Assembly: GCA_009602725.1 (NCBI GenBank)
Contig: WELB01000008.1
Span: forward strand, 676,284 to 716,894
Source: Spirogloea muscicola
Lineage: Eukaryota
Direction: 5' to 3'
DNA length: 40,611 bases
Every line of letters begins with the position of its first letter. Position 1 is the stretch's first letter. The notes beneath the pieces were generated by a model, which worked only from the letters and a program-made list of their open reading frames with translations, had not been told where the DNA came from and did not search any database. The position numbers and the translations under genes are program-made. This document shows, piece by piece, positions 1 through 13,500 of this stretch.

Positions 1-3000
1 ACCGCCGCCGTCGCCGCCGCCGCCGCCGCCGCGCCCGGCCCGCCCCCGCCGGCGGTCGTCCACCTCTATCGGCGGCCGTTGCTCTCCGACTCCGCGGCCG
101 CTTCCCTCCTACACAAGGTACGCCAGGCGGGCGCGGACGGCCTTCAGGCCAGCGACGTTCGGCAGGCGCCATTCTAGCCACAAGCCGTCGTTGTCTGACG
201 AGGGGCTTGCCTCGCCTCCGCCGCTACCGCCGGCGCGGCCCCAGGTGCAGGACAAGGTGTCCGCCGACGTGGTCGCGATCGAGACTGAGCAGGTGACGTG
301 CTCGCCGTTGTTGCTGCCTGTCGATCGCGCCACTGCTGGCGCCGGCCTTGCTGCCGAGACTGATGCGGCCTGCATCTTCCGCCATCTGCGAGCGAGCAGT
401 GCTACAATGTGGAGCTGGTGGCGCCGCTCGAGGCTTCTGAGGCTGAGAAGCTCCGCTGGCTGCTGCGCGAGACCTTCGAGCCCTGGGCGCTGCAGGACTG
501 CAGCAGCCTCCAGGCCGACGACGGTACTACCACCGAGCCGGAGCCGCTCGCTTACGCTTCGTGGGCTTAGGCGCCATGTCGAGAACGTCGCCTTGTGCGT
601 GAGGTTGTCGATGCCAATACCTGCGCGAGCTGCCAGATCCCACTCTGCTTGTGGCTGGCCGGCAAGAGGTGTCAAGACGGCCAGTGAGCCTGAGACAGCT
701 GCCATTTTGTGGCCCTCCTGCACAGCAGTCGTCGAGGTTGGGCCGCGCCTGTCCTTCACGACGGCGTGGTCGGCGAACGCGGTCTCCATCTGTGCGGCCT
801 GCGGCCTCGGCGACAAGGTTGGGCGCATCGAACGCTCTCGCCAGTACCTGCTCCGGGTCGCCCCCGGTGCGCTGCCCCTCGATGCAACCCAGCTTGCGCA
901 TTTCTCCTCCCTGGTGAGCCGGCCCCCTGTCCTACTCATCCTTCAGCTATCACACTTGAAAACTTATACCTCAGAGAAGCCCAGAGTCTAGGAGTTGGCA
1001 TATTTCCATGAGATATCAGCAGCAGCATATGACGGCCTACGCCTGAGTAGTATACACTCGTCGATGCTGAGGGGTTCGCTTGTTCCCTTAAGGACTCTGC
1101 ACTGCTCAAGTCAACCAAAGGCTTTGGGGAATCCAGCCACCTTGAGGCCCACTTGTGAGCGACGTAGTCGAGGTCTCAATCCTGTGGTTGAGACCTGTTA
1201 AGCTCCTTACTGCTCCCTGTCTGGATGCCAGGCTTGTCTCAGAGGAAAGGCACTGATTGATGTCTCCTGTGCCTGCCGGCAGGTGCATGACCGAATGACA
1301 GAGTGCGTGTACCTCTCGCGTCTTGAATCCTTCAAGACAGATGTTGTGCCGCAGCCCGTTATCCAAATCCCAGTGATGGAGGTGTGGCCGATGCCGCTGC
1401 TCTTTGATCCAGCTGAAGCAATCCATGTTCTATCTGCGAGCTGCAAGCACTTACTTGTGCTGCAATTGTGATATGCTACTGATGCTATCTTGCAAATGAG
1501 GTTGTTCGTTGTGTTTTGGCGTTTACAGGAAGGGAGGGCGGCACTGGAGGCTGTGAACCGGTCCATGGGACTCGCCTTTGATGACTGGGATTTAGATGTG
1601 AGGCTTCTCGACTGCTAAGGGGTCCCATTCCTTGCTTGTTTGGCTCCCGCGGATATTGTTGACGCATCCAAGCTTCAAATGCAGGACTCTGTACCTGAGG
1701 TGCTTGTCAACTTTTATAGTGAGATCTACTTGGTGCTGCCGCTGGGCTTGCTAACCGTGACACACCATGTAGAGCAGTGGTCGTCAAAGGGGTCAGCTTT
1801 AAGCTTCCAAAGGTGAGGGCTGAGCGGAACGCGCCGCCTGCTCCATGTGCGCAAGACTGATGTGCTTGCCATGGCGCCACGTATGCTGCTGCAATTCCTG
1901 CCTGGGTGCAGTACTACACGACACTGTTCAGAGACGATATTGGGCGCAACCCCACCAATGTTGAGCTCTTTGACATCGCACAGTCCAACAGCGAGCACTC
2001 GCGCCACTGGTTCTTCCAAGTAATACCTTCTTGCGACCTTGGTTTGCCCTTGCAGCAACTACTTGTGCAAGCCGCCTGCTTCTGCGGCACTACATCATTA
2101 CACTTGCCGCCGCCTTTGCAACCTTGGGAGCCCCTCACAATCTCTGAGATGCGAGCACACTGCACTTCTGATACCATGCCACGCAAGGCAAATGGTTGGT
2201 CATGTCAGCCATTGCCACCTCAGCTCGCCTTGCCTCGCCTCGCCTCGCCTCGCCTCGCCTCGCCTCAGCTTCTGCCTGCGTTCGGCAGGGTAATCTGAGC
2301 GTTGATGGCGAGGCCGTGCCGCACACACTCATGAGCCTGGTCAAGGAGACTCTCAAAGCCAACCCGAACAACTCAGTAATCGGCTTCAAGGACAACTCAA
2401 GGTTGTGGACCTTGCCCCACTTCACTAATTTGGCAGCCTTACATGAGCGTACTTCCAGAAATCACAGGAAGCAAACATATAGAACCGTAATTTGTTGTAG
2501 ACCTCGTTACATACATCTATTACCGTGACGAGACAGCATGAGAAGTAGCAGCCTCCTGGATTGAAGATGGGGCAGAAGCGTCTCATCCAATGCTTGTCCT
2601 CGTGGCTAGCAGTGCAATAAGGGGAGGAGATGTTGTGGCCATCCTTCCCCGCGCCCCAGGCACTCCCAGCCCCGTGGACGCCGTGCGCAGGGACTTTGAC
2701 ATACTCTTCACTGCGGAGACCCACAATTTCCCGTGTGCGGTGAGTTGCCGATTTCTTATGGAATTGTATTGATTTCATACTTGACAAGCCCAAACAATTT
2801 CCTGTTTGCACTATAGTTGTACGTCAACTCTGTGCCTCACGGAGCGGCAGCTGCCTGTCCTGTGGCGCGCAAGTCTGCAGGTCGCTCCTTATCCAGGAGC
2901 TGAGACGGGGGCAGGGGGACGCATCCGTGACACTCACGCCACAGGCATTGGTTCCCTGGTTGTGGCGGCCACTGCAGGCTATTGCGTTGGGAATCTCCAG

Positions 3001-6000
3001 GTGCTCCATCATCATGATGCCCATGCCTTGCTCTTGATTGACCTTTCTATGTGGTCCATCCTACTTTGGCTGCACCTTATCGACTCAGCTCCTAGCAGCC
3101 GCTTGCTCTTACCTGTCCCCATGTTGTGCCCAAGACTGCTTTTTGACTTGCGTTTTGACGAACAGATTGTGGTTTCTTGATTCTCAATGCCATGCCTTTA
3201 CCAAGCACAATTATTACTGGCTTTCCTCTAACAGGTGGAAGGACACACTGCACCGTGGGAGGATACCTCCTTTGACTACCCGTCAAACCTTGCCCCGCCC
3301 CTGCAGGTCTGTCAAGGTCCTCATAAATTGACATACCCATGCTCGTCAAGGAAGTGAGCCCAGAGTCGAGGAGTTGTGCATCCCTGATGATCTCATTGTG
3401 GAGCAATGACACCCCAGATACTTCTTGATGCCAGCGATGGCGCATCTGACTACGGCAACAAGTTTGGCGAGCCTCTCATCCAGGTCAAGCGCTTGTTGCA
3501 GTGTTCTAGCAGGCTTTGAATTGCCAGGTTGCTCATGGTCCTTGTGGATGGTGTACAGGACATGGTAAAGTTTCGTTTTGGTGTTTATTCTTTGTGGCCC
3601 CATTTCAGAGGGATACCATTGCAAGCTTGCTGAGGGGGCTTGAGGTGCTTCATGCAGGGTTACACACGGAGCTTTGGAATGCGGATGCCCAGTGGCGAGC
3701 GGCGGGAGTGGCTCAAACCCATCATGTTCTCCGGCGGCATAGGCCAGGTCAGAATGCCACGCTGGAGTAAATTTGCATCCTTGAAGCAGTCTCCTGCACC
3801 TTGACTACCTGATTATAGATAGTCAGAGTACATCTTATGTTACTGTCCTTCCTCCACTGCAATGAGTGGGTTCTAGGGGTTGCATCGATTTTGTATATCA
3901 TATTCTACATGGTGCTCAGCTGTGGCCCGCAAGTTTGGCAGATTGACCACAATCACCTGAGGAAAGGGGAGCCCGAGGTCGGCATGCTGGTCGTGAAGGT
4001 CTGTGCCTCTCCTGCAGCTCCAGCAATGCTTCCCATTCCGCCCATTTGACCATACGGCTTGCTTCATGGTGTTAATCCTCCAGTTTCTGTTACATCTGTA
4101 TCTCAAGTAATAATGTCAATTGACGCATATATCTGCAAAATTGGGTGAGGAATACTGTAGCTGGAGCAGAGGCCAGACTGTAGAGCTCTGATATCGAGCT
4201 TGGATGATGGGCTAGATTGGCGGCCCAGCGTACAGGATTGGCATGGGCGGGGGGGCGGCATCAAGCATGGTGAGCGGCACTCGGGATGCGGCGCTGGACT
4301 TTGACGCCGTCCAGCGCGGCGACCCTGAGATGGCTCAGAAGCTGTACCGCGTAGTTCGGACGTGCGTGGAGCTGGGGGAGCACAACCCCATCGTGTCCAT
4401 TCACGACCAGGTCAACCAAATACCATGGGTTCTCAACTCCAGCGTATGCTTTGGTCCCAGGTCTCCATGTGCCTGCGCTGATATTTATTCTGACTCTTAA
4501 GCTTTTCTGTTCTGACAGGGTGCAGGTGGAAACTGCAATGTGGTGAAGGAGATCATCTACCCAAAGGCAGGAGCTTGCCTCCTGCCGTCCTCTATCTCCA
4601 CTTCTCTTGCCTAATTACATCGCCGTTAGGTGATGCTTTTGTCATTCTTAGACTTCCACCTGTCTCAATTACCTCGATCCGAATCATGATCATTCCCACT
4701 TGTATAGGCAAACCTGCAAAGCCCTTGACGCCACTGTATTTGTCATGTGCAGGGGGCAGCAATTGATGTGCGGTCGATTGTGGTTGGCGACGAGACAATG
4801 TCTGTGCTAGAGATATGGGGGGCGGAGTACCAGGAGCAGGATGCCCTGCTGGCCAGGCCTGAAAGTGAGGCACTGCTGCGCGCCATATGCCAACGCGAGA
4901 GGCTGTCGTTGGCTGTCATTGGCCGCATCAGGTAGTGTCTAAGCTCCAATAGTGTAAGATTGACACTTTGCCACTCTCTGACACGCCGCCACCAGTCCAA
5001 GGGAAAGGGGTTGGTAGTCTCTGAGTTGACCTTTGCTTTGCCAGATTTGATGGCATAGACCTCATGTGCTGCACTTCTGCTCCGAAAATATGGGTGTTCC
5101 TGACTCTTCAGTCTATTGCAGAGTGACAGGCTCAAAGTAGAGGCATGAGCAGGAGCCTGCATGTCCTTATAATGACCACATTAGGGCTGATGTGATTCCC
5201 TCCTACCTTGACAGTGGGGATGGTAAGGTGGTCCTCATGGACAGCAAAGCTCAGGAGGTTGCCAGGGAGCAAGGCCTGCCGCCACCGTTGCCCGCTGTGG
5301 ACCTGGATCTGGAGAAGGTCAGCTGCTTGACACACAGCAGAAGTTGAGGTCCTCTAATGGATGCCGGTACCTTGCCTTGCTCGCAAGTTAGCCATGGCCG
5401 TCACTGCTGCCTTCGAAACAGCGAGCAAAACCACCTGCATTCTGTGCCTAGGTACTTGGGGATATGCCCAAGAAGAACTTCCACTTCACAAGACGGAAGT
5501 TGGAGACAGAGATGTTGGACTTGCCGCTTTGCCTCACGTTCGCCGACGCCCTGGAGCGCGTCTTTCGCCTCCCGGCCGTTTGCTCCAAGCGCTTCCTCAC
5601 CACCAAGGTGATCATCAGCTCGGTAGCAGTATCGATGGGGTGTCGAGGCCCGTGACAGTGGCCCATTGTGGGCAGGCCCAATACAGCCATCACTGCAGTT
5701 GCACATGTGAGAGGGGCCTTTTAAGCCCTTCTTATCTTCCAAGCGAGCTACTCGTGCTCCATCCTTCTGACGCCTGGTCCAGCTACTTGCAACAGGTGGA
5801 CAGATGCGTCAGCGGGCTGGTGGCGCAGCAACAGACTGTGGGGCCTCTTCAGCTGGCGCTGGCAGATGTGGCTGTCATCGCTCAGGTCTGCACATGAGTA
5901 GCGGGAGTGCTCTCCTCCTGCTCCCTTGAACTCAGATATTGTCTTAGTTGTGAATTGACATGTCATCATCTTATGTTGTCATGTTATCCAAAGCAAGTAC

Positions 6001-9000
6001 TTGAGCCTGCCAGTCTGTGTGAACCTGACCCATGAGGCCATTTTTTGCAGACGCACACTGGCACCACTGGAGGTGCATGCGCCATCGGCGAGCAGCCCCT
6101 TAAGGTTTCTACTGATGACCTCCTACACAGCTATCAGCCAAGACCGTGACCCAGGGTACAGCAGTTGAAAAAGACAGTGACTCTTTGACGTGTTTAAGAC
6201 CAAGTCAGGGTGGTCAATTGCAGGGGCTCCTGAATCCTGCAGCCATGGCAAGGCTGGCCATTGCGGAAGCACTGTGCAACTTGGTGTGGGCCAAGGCAAG
6301 CTTACCAGACTAAATGAGTATTGACAAATTCCTGTAGGCTGACCATTTGCCTGTCCGTTGGTAGCTTGACGTGTTAATTGATTTAATACTATGAGCTGCC
6401 ACTTTCGCCTACAGAACTGCTACTGCTAGCATCTTAGCACAGAAGACTGCCAGGTGCTCAGATTTATCGTCCTGGAAGTAGGAGAGCATTGGGCACAGAG
6501 AATTATGTATCCCTTCTGTACGGCACTGAGTATTGGACACAGGCACCTTGCGTATTTCAGGTGAGCAAGCTGGAGGATGTGAAGGCGAGCGGCAACTGGA
6601 TGTATGCTGCCAAGATGCTGGGGGAGGGGGCTGCCATGTATGATGCGGCTATTGCTCTGAGGGACACCATGGTGGAGCTAGGGATAGCCATTGACGGTGG
6701 AAAAGACTCTCTATCCATGGCTGCCCAGGTACAGCTTGTGACTTGAGATGTGAATCATATAACACTTCCAGTTTTTGGCCTGTCATTTGCGGCAATACGT
6801 TGTGTAGCCAGCTCCTGGCGCTCAAGCCACAATCACGTTGACTAGAGCTGCCCATGGTAACTCAGGCAGGTGGCGAGACTGTCATGGCGCCTGGCAATCT
6901 GGTCATTTCTACCTACGTGACGTGCCCTGATATCACACTCACTGTGACCCCAGACCTCAAGGTTGGTCCTTTATTCTCAATGGTGGTACAGTCTGTTTTG
7001 CTTCTCACGTTGAGTTAAGGAGCTGAGATATAGAGGACAATCGGCCATACACCTAGGTCTTGATCACAAGGGCTGTAGGTGTGATGTCGTGTGAGGGGTG
7101 CCTTGTGACAGCTTGGTGATTGCGGCGTACTTCTGCACGTGGATCTTGGTGGTGGGGCGCGCCGACTGGGAGGCTCGGCATTTGCTCACGCATATGACCA
7201 AGTACTGTTTGATGCACAGTCACAGCGCATCTGGTGCAGCACAGTCATGACAGTGTGTGCTGGAGTTGCTAAATGGCATCATGTTCTATGCAAGATCAAT
7301 CTCCAGATTTGACTTAGCTGACTTGGCTGGTCGTTTGCTATGACAGCTTGGAGCTGAATGTCCTGATGTTGACATTGCAGTACTGAAGAAAGCATTCAAC
7401 ACAGTGCAGGTATGGCATTCTGCCTAGAAGGTTTCCAGCAGCTAGGGCTCCATACCTTGTCCTGCAAGCCAGCTAGACGTTCTTGTCGCACTTGTCACAA
7501 TTGCTTGTGATCCCAACACAAATATGGGCCTTTGAAACGTCAGTGTCTTGCGTAGCTTGCAGATGCAATATGTCTCGTCCTGCTCTGATTGATTCTTGTG
7601 CTCTTTGCAGTCATTAATCTCCAGGAGGCTCATCTCTGCTGGCCATGACATCAGTGACGGTGGCCTCATAACTGCTCTGGCAGAGATGGCCTTTGCTGGC
7701 AACTGCGGGCTTGTTGCAGACGTAGCTCTGCCACCACAATCAGATGCAGCGCCAAGGCATCACAATGCGTTCAAGGCCCTTTTTGCTGAAGAACCTGGGC
7801 TGCTCATTGAGGTTGTTTGTGCAGATGATTGTCTTTGTTGGGTTTCTGTTGGGTCAAGCAGCAACATAGCAGACCTGCCAACATGTTGTACAAAACCTGG
7901 TCTTAATTGATATTCTTTTGCCGTACTCAGGTGTCCAAGACCGACACAGAGCAGGTGAAGAGCGAATTTGCAGCTGCCGGTGTTCCCTGTGTGGAGATTG
8001 GACACGTCACATCTGCCCCTGTCATCAGAGTTTCGGTGGGCAGCAAACTCCACGTGGAGAGGGCCACTGCGGAGCTTCGTGATCTGTGGGAGGACACGTC
8101 CTTTGCCCTGGAGAGGCTGCAGAAAGTAGAGCACTGTGTGGATACAGAACAGCAGGTACGCTGCTGTTGCCTTGTTTGGTGCCAGTAGTAGTCAATCTGG
8201 AAATCTGATGGTGCACTCTGAGCACAGCCAGCACTTCATTTGTTCGGCTGCGGTTCAATTGCAGCCGCATCTTTCTGCTTGCGAGGTAGGATCTCTGGTG
8301 GTGGCAAAGTCCCGACTTTGGAATAATTGAGAAGGTTACCAGCAGCTTTAGGGACAGAGAAGTCCAGGTGATGGAGTACAAGGGCAAGTAAACCAGTAAA
8401 TTTGAGTGGAGGCAGAGCTACTGGGGGCCTTGTGATGTGGCAGGGGCTAAGGTATCGACAGACACCATCCTGGAACCTTTCCTTCACGCCAACAAGAACC
8501 GCGGAGGAAATCATGTTGCGACGCGATAAGCTTAAGGTGGGACTTCTTAATGTTCCTGCTTTTAACAGAGCCATGAGATTTTGTTGATTCTGGAGACTTT
8601 TGGAAGTGAGATAGGTTGCTGACAGTAGTGGTACAGTACAGTCAGGAGAGGGCTGCATGAGCAAGAGGAGTGTGGACCTGAGCGCCTTGGCAATAGCAGG
8701 TGGCGGTGGTTAGGGAGGAAGGCAGCAATGGCGACCGCGAGATGGCGGCAATGATCCACGCAGCTGGCATGGAGCCTTGGGACATTGCTATGTCAGACCT
8801 GCTGACTGGAAAAGCTTCGCTGCAGCCATTCTCTGGGGTAGTCTTTGTGGGCGGCTTCAGGTATTGCCGCTAAAGTCAACTTCGAAAGTGCAATTGCAAT
8901 TACTGCTTCAGTTGTCCGTGTGTCTCGACTTAACTGCAAACAGATTATCTGTGGAGCAAGCCACGAAGGTAGACATTCAGATTCAAGCTTTCTTTGCTGG

Positions 9001-10110
9001 CAGGAGTCGAGCCCGTGGTTGTCCTCCTGTAGACTTATGCTTAGGGCCTATATGTCTCATTATGAGCTTATCAATTCCCTCTCTTTCTTGAAGTTATGGT
9101 GACGTGTTGGACTCAGCCAAGGGGTGGGCTGGCACCATCCAGTTCAACGAGAATGTTTGGCAAGAATTTCAGAGGTTCTATGACCGGCCAGACACTTTCT
9201 CGCTTGGCGTCTGCAATGGCTGCCAGCTCATGGCACTTCTTGGCTGGGTACAGTATCTCAATCTCAAGCAGTGGGGCGCAATGCTTGGCTCGACGGGGTT
9301 CAGGGACTTGGGTTTGCATTACTTACCTTGCTGTAGTGTGGCAGGCAACTTGCTCAAGCTCGCTCATGCAAAGCACGACGCACAACTCACTTGTTGGAGA
9401 CTGTGGGAAATGCTCACATCTGCTGTGTCATTGATGCAGGTGCCTGGACCATTGATGGAGTGTTCATCGGGAGAAGTTGGGGATATCGCACAGCCGCGCT
9501 TTGTGCACAACGAATCTGGCCGGTTTGAGTGCCGCTTTGCGTCTGTAACAATCAAGGACTCCCCTTCGCTGATGCTCAAGTAAGCATAGGGATCTGTCGT
9601 GGGATGGCACTCCTCACAAGCCAATGATTTCCCCGTGCTCAGCTTGTCAGCCTTGCCTCACTTGGTCTTACATAAGTACGATCCTAGACAACTTTTACAA
9701 TCAAGCATTTTCGCAGACTGAGGGCTCACAAGTCTGTTTTTAGGAATATGGCCGGCACAACTTTGGGCATCTGGAACGCCCATGGCGAGGGTCGGGCGTT
9801 CTTCCCAAGCAGCCAAGTGCACGAGAGAATCCTGAAGTCAGGCCTGGCACCCGTGCGCTACTGCGACGACGGCGGAGAGCCGACTGAGCAATACCCGTTC
9901 TGCCCGAATGGTTCTCCTGGCGGCATAGCAGCGCTCTGCTCGCCAGATGGGCGCCACCTTGCCATGATGCCCCACCCAGAGCGGTGCTTCCTCATGTGGC
10001 AGTTCCCCTGGTTCCCGGCCAATTGGGCACACCTGGACTTGGCTGGGCCCAGCCCCTGGCTGCGCATGTTTCAGAATGCCCGCGAGTGGCTGGAGCTTCA
10101 GAGGATGTGA
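1..10110 (+). CDS. PUR4: Phosphoribosylformylglycinamidine (FGAM) synthase, large single-chain PurL type; 5' end outside the window, about 33 exons
   Basis: Hand-spliced exons give family motifs in order: VVHLYRRPLL (1-117), [130 protein letters not shown], glutaminase GVCNGCQ and MMPHPER. Stop TGA at 10108-10110. Confidence 0.97.
2227..2266 (+). repeat. (GCCTC)7 microsatellite plus one imperfect unit, in a PUR4 intron
   Basis: Seven perfect GCCTC units at 2232-2266, preceded by GCCTT; lies just upstream of the acceptor AG at 2287-2288. Confidence 0.95.
4567..4752 (+). other. GC-AG intron in PUR4
   Basis: Exon ends ...TAC CCA AAG then GCAGGA; next exon starts after TGCAG with GGG GCA GCA ATT GAT, giving EIIYPK|GAAIDVR. 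No in-frame GT donor nearby. Confidence 0.8.
6296..6560 (+). other. GC-AG intron in PUR4
   Basis: AAG|GCAAGC donor; the join gives NLVWAK|VSKLEDVKASGNWMY, the conserved PurL sequence. Confidence 0.85.
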
Positions 10111-10516
10111 TACTGCCGCAACAACCACATTGCCTTCATTGCTGCTCAGACTTGTTCTGCACCTACTCCAATGTCCACACACAGAACCTGCAGTCCCCAC
10201 ATGTTTGCAAGTACCCACAAGTTCGCTGGCAATTTGTCAGTGCACTGAGCTGTGAGTATCAATGGGTTGCTTCACAAGTGGTGTGACCTCATTGATACCA
10301 AGATTGAAAAGGAAGCAAGTTGCACGGCAGCTCTGCAGGGCTGGTAAAGAAAGTGTCATTGAATGGATAAAGGAGCTCAATTCAAGTAATCAGAATGTCA
10401 CCGCAGCTGTCTGAGCTCCAACGCCGCAGTCCCGTCAGAGTCAATGTTGGCAATCAGAGAAGACTAGACAACAGTTACATATTGTTTATGGACCGGGCAC
10501 CCACAGACAGTATGGT

Positions 10517-13500
10517 CTACATTTGAGGGCGAGTCTGCACAACATAGAGCTCCCCGTCCTTAATGACTCCTTCAATGTCCTGTGCCGAGCCAAGAGCTTC
10601 CTCAATGGCAGCACCTGCCTTGCCAATCTTGATGAGGATCTCTTTTCTAAATTCAGGATCAGTAGTGAGCGGGTCCGTCGAGTAATCCACCACCCTCTCC
10701 TCCTCCTCGTCCATGGGCACACTACAGAGTTGTATGCACAGTCGATGTATTAGATGCCATGCTAAACAAGTGGGATAGCATGCTACACAAATTTCAAATA
10801 CTGGTCGAAAGACTGTCATATTGCAGAACTGCAGTGTTGAGCACAGCCTAGCAGAACTCACTAAGAATGGCATCACAAGCTGGAGGGTGTCCAGAACCAA
10901 GATATACCTGTCATACAGCCCTGCACCAGCATAGCCCTCCAGATCCTCTCCATTGGAGTCTGATCGGAATATAACGGACTGCTTGATGAAGAGGCCTACG
11001 CGCTTGCTTGGGTACCCCAAAACCTGGCCACGCAGTGCTAGGAGAGCTAAGTTGACTGATGAGACAACTCAAATGACACAACATCAACATCTTGGTCAAA
11101 AATCTTGGTCATCTTGGTCATCTCGAACACATCATTCCAGTCCGAGTACAGCTGCAGGCTATAACAGGGTGTGAGATTCACGCCCCATTGCAAGTGCTTA
11201 CCACTCATGGGCCACGGAGACGTGAAAGGCATTGCTCACCTTGGGGCTGCTGAGGTCACTCTTCTTTACACTGAAGCTGAGAGCCCGGCCCGAGGATGCA
11301 CCCACTAGAGTCTCTCCCAGGCCCTTCACAAGCTCGGCATAAATCTCCGACTCGTCGCCCGTGGAAGGATTGGTGGTGTGGATAACAAAAGCATAATCGG
11401 CTTGCACCACCTCCTGGACGAGGACTGCCATGCAGAGATCCGCATGCGCCAGGTTCACCTTGCGCATACTAAAGTAGGCTCGCTCATTCCACTTGCTCGC
11501 CCAAACCTATACAACCACAGTCAAGTCAACAGTTACAATGGTGCTTGAAGGTGGGTGTTGACCAAGTGCAAGCAAGCCATCCTTGATCTTAAAGGTGTCA
11601 GAGGAGCCTCCAGTTGTCAGCTTGAGGTGGTACTGCAAAGCAGAAGCAAGTTGGAGATGCCTCTTAAGGTGTGAATGCCGTTACGGACCTTTTTGATTGC
11701 TGTCCACGCCTGCTCCCAGCGCTGCTCACCCTCATCACCAGGCCAGGGCATGCTAGAGCTCTTCATGACACTCTTCAGTTCCTCAACCTGTCAAACAGAC
11801 ACTTGACAGACGACTAATTGTTGTCAGTCCATGAGGTGACAAAGGGCCAAATAAACCTCCAGCAATCCAAAAGGGAGTGCAATTCAGGGGCCCTCTACAA
11901 CTTGAGGTGCAGGAGCACAACCCTAACAGGTGCAAAGGCACAAGTTGGGTAATATGCATGTAGTAGAGACCAGCGATGGTGTGGGCTGGAGCTTCAGCAC
12001 AGCCTTGCGAATGACTGGCAGCTTGTGAAAGTCGCCTGCTTCCACCTCGTTGACAAGAGCTTCAACCTCTGCCTTCACTTCCTGCATGAGACATAGCACA
12101 AATTGCCAACACCATTCATGATGAGGGTGAGTGATTATACCTGACAGCAGAATTCAAGCCATTGCCTACTTAATGATGACTACTGGTCTTACTCAAGATC
12201 AAGTATCTGGCAGCCCCAGCAGGAGAAGTTGGGGGAATTCACCTTGTTGAATGGCTCAGCGAGAACCTTCTCAAACGTGCCAAAAGGAAGGGCAGCTGAT
12301 GTAGGAAGCTTGACCCACGAAGGAAGCTGACCTCGCAGACCTGCAATGTTGCGAGACTTTGCTCCAACCTACATTTAGCACGCCCCATGTCAGCATGGTC
12401 AATAATTTGTAGCATTGCCATCACACATTGCAGACAGGCACAGAAATTCCAACAACTCCTCCAACAGTGACCCTCCACCAGCAACCCTTGCTTGAAAGTC
12501 CTTCAACAACACTCATGCAAAGAGTGACTTTGATAGCAACTAACCAGCTCCGGTGTAAATCCATCAGCAGAGACAGCGTATTTGCCAGCAAAGCTTTTCT
12601 TGGTGATAGAGAGGCCTGTAGGGATCTCCTCAGACGCCTCAGATGCCACAGGATCAGGAGAGACATCTGCCTCTGGTATCTCCCTGCATCAGAGACTCCG
12701 ACCAATGTGATATGCATGATGTTAGCATCTAATAGTCTGCCATGGCTTTGCTGGCCGTGATGCGACAACAACCCAACCAGGGCATCCATGCAATCTTTAC
12801 GTGTGAAATACGTATGTCTGCATACATTGACAAAAAGGTCTATCAAAGTAGGCGGAGGCACCTATATGTGAGATCTGCATTGGCAGTGGGGCTCACAACC
12901 AGTGCCTTGCTCTCCATGCCCTTGAGCTCAGCAAAAATTTGGTCATCAAAGCAGGTTGCAAAGCAGACCTGCATTTACGATGCAACCCACAGTCAGATAG
13001 CAGACTCTGAGTGAAGCTAATGCGTACACCACCCTTGTGAGCACTGACTCCTACACAAGTTGACCCTTGTGATTGCTGTCTAATTGCTGGACAGAAGGAA
13101 ACAGCCGCCCTACCTCAATCAAAGCTTGCTATACTTCTCTAAAAGCGGGTGAAAAGAACCATCATTGTCAAGTGCATCTTATACATGAGTTGTCTCCTTA
13201 CCTTGCTATTTCTTGCTCTGACAGAAACGTGGGAAAGGACATCCGGCATGTCAGGGGTGAGAACTGCGACGACTCCGTCTGGAATTTCTTCTTCGCCCTT
13301 CACCCTGCTGGCGATCAAGATTGTTGGCTTGCTGTACCTGTAGTCCTGCACCTCACTTAGATCTGCCACAACCTCCACAAAGCCCTTCACCTCGACTGGA
13401 CTGATTACTTGCCAACTGCATTCAATAAACAAAGGTTGACATAGGCTTAGAGTGGGAGCTTAACCTACAATGTCCCCATCTTTCAAAACTGGTTTATAGC

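Noticed and set aside
109..991. Long ORFs 109-939 (-) and 191-991 (+)
   Set aside because: GC-rich read-through of PUR4 exons and introns, or its antisense shadow; only parts of the + ORF are real exons.
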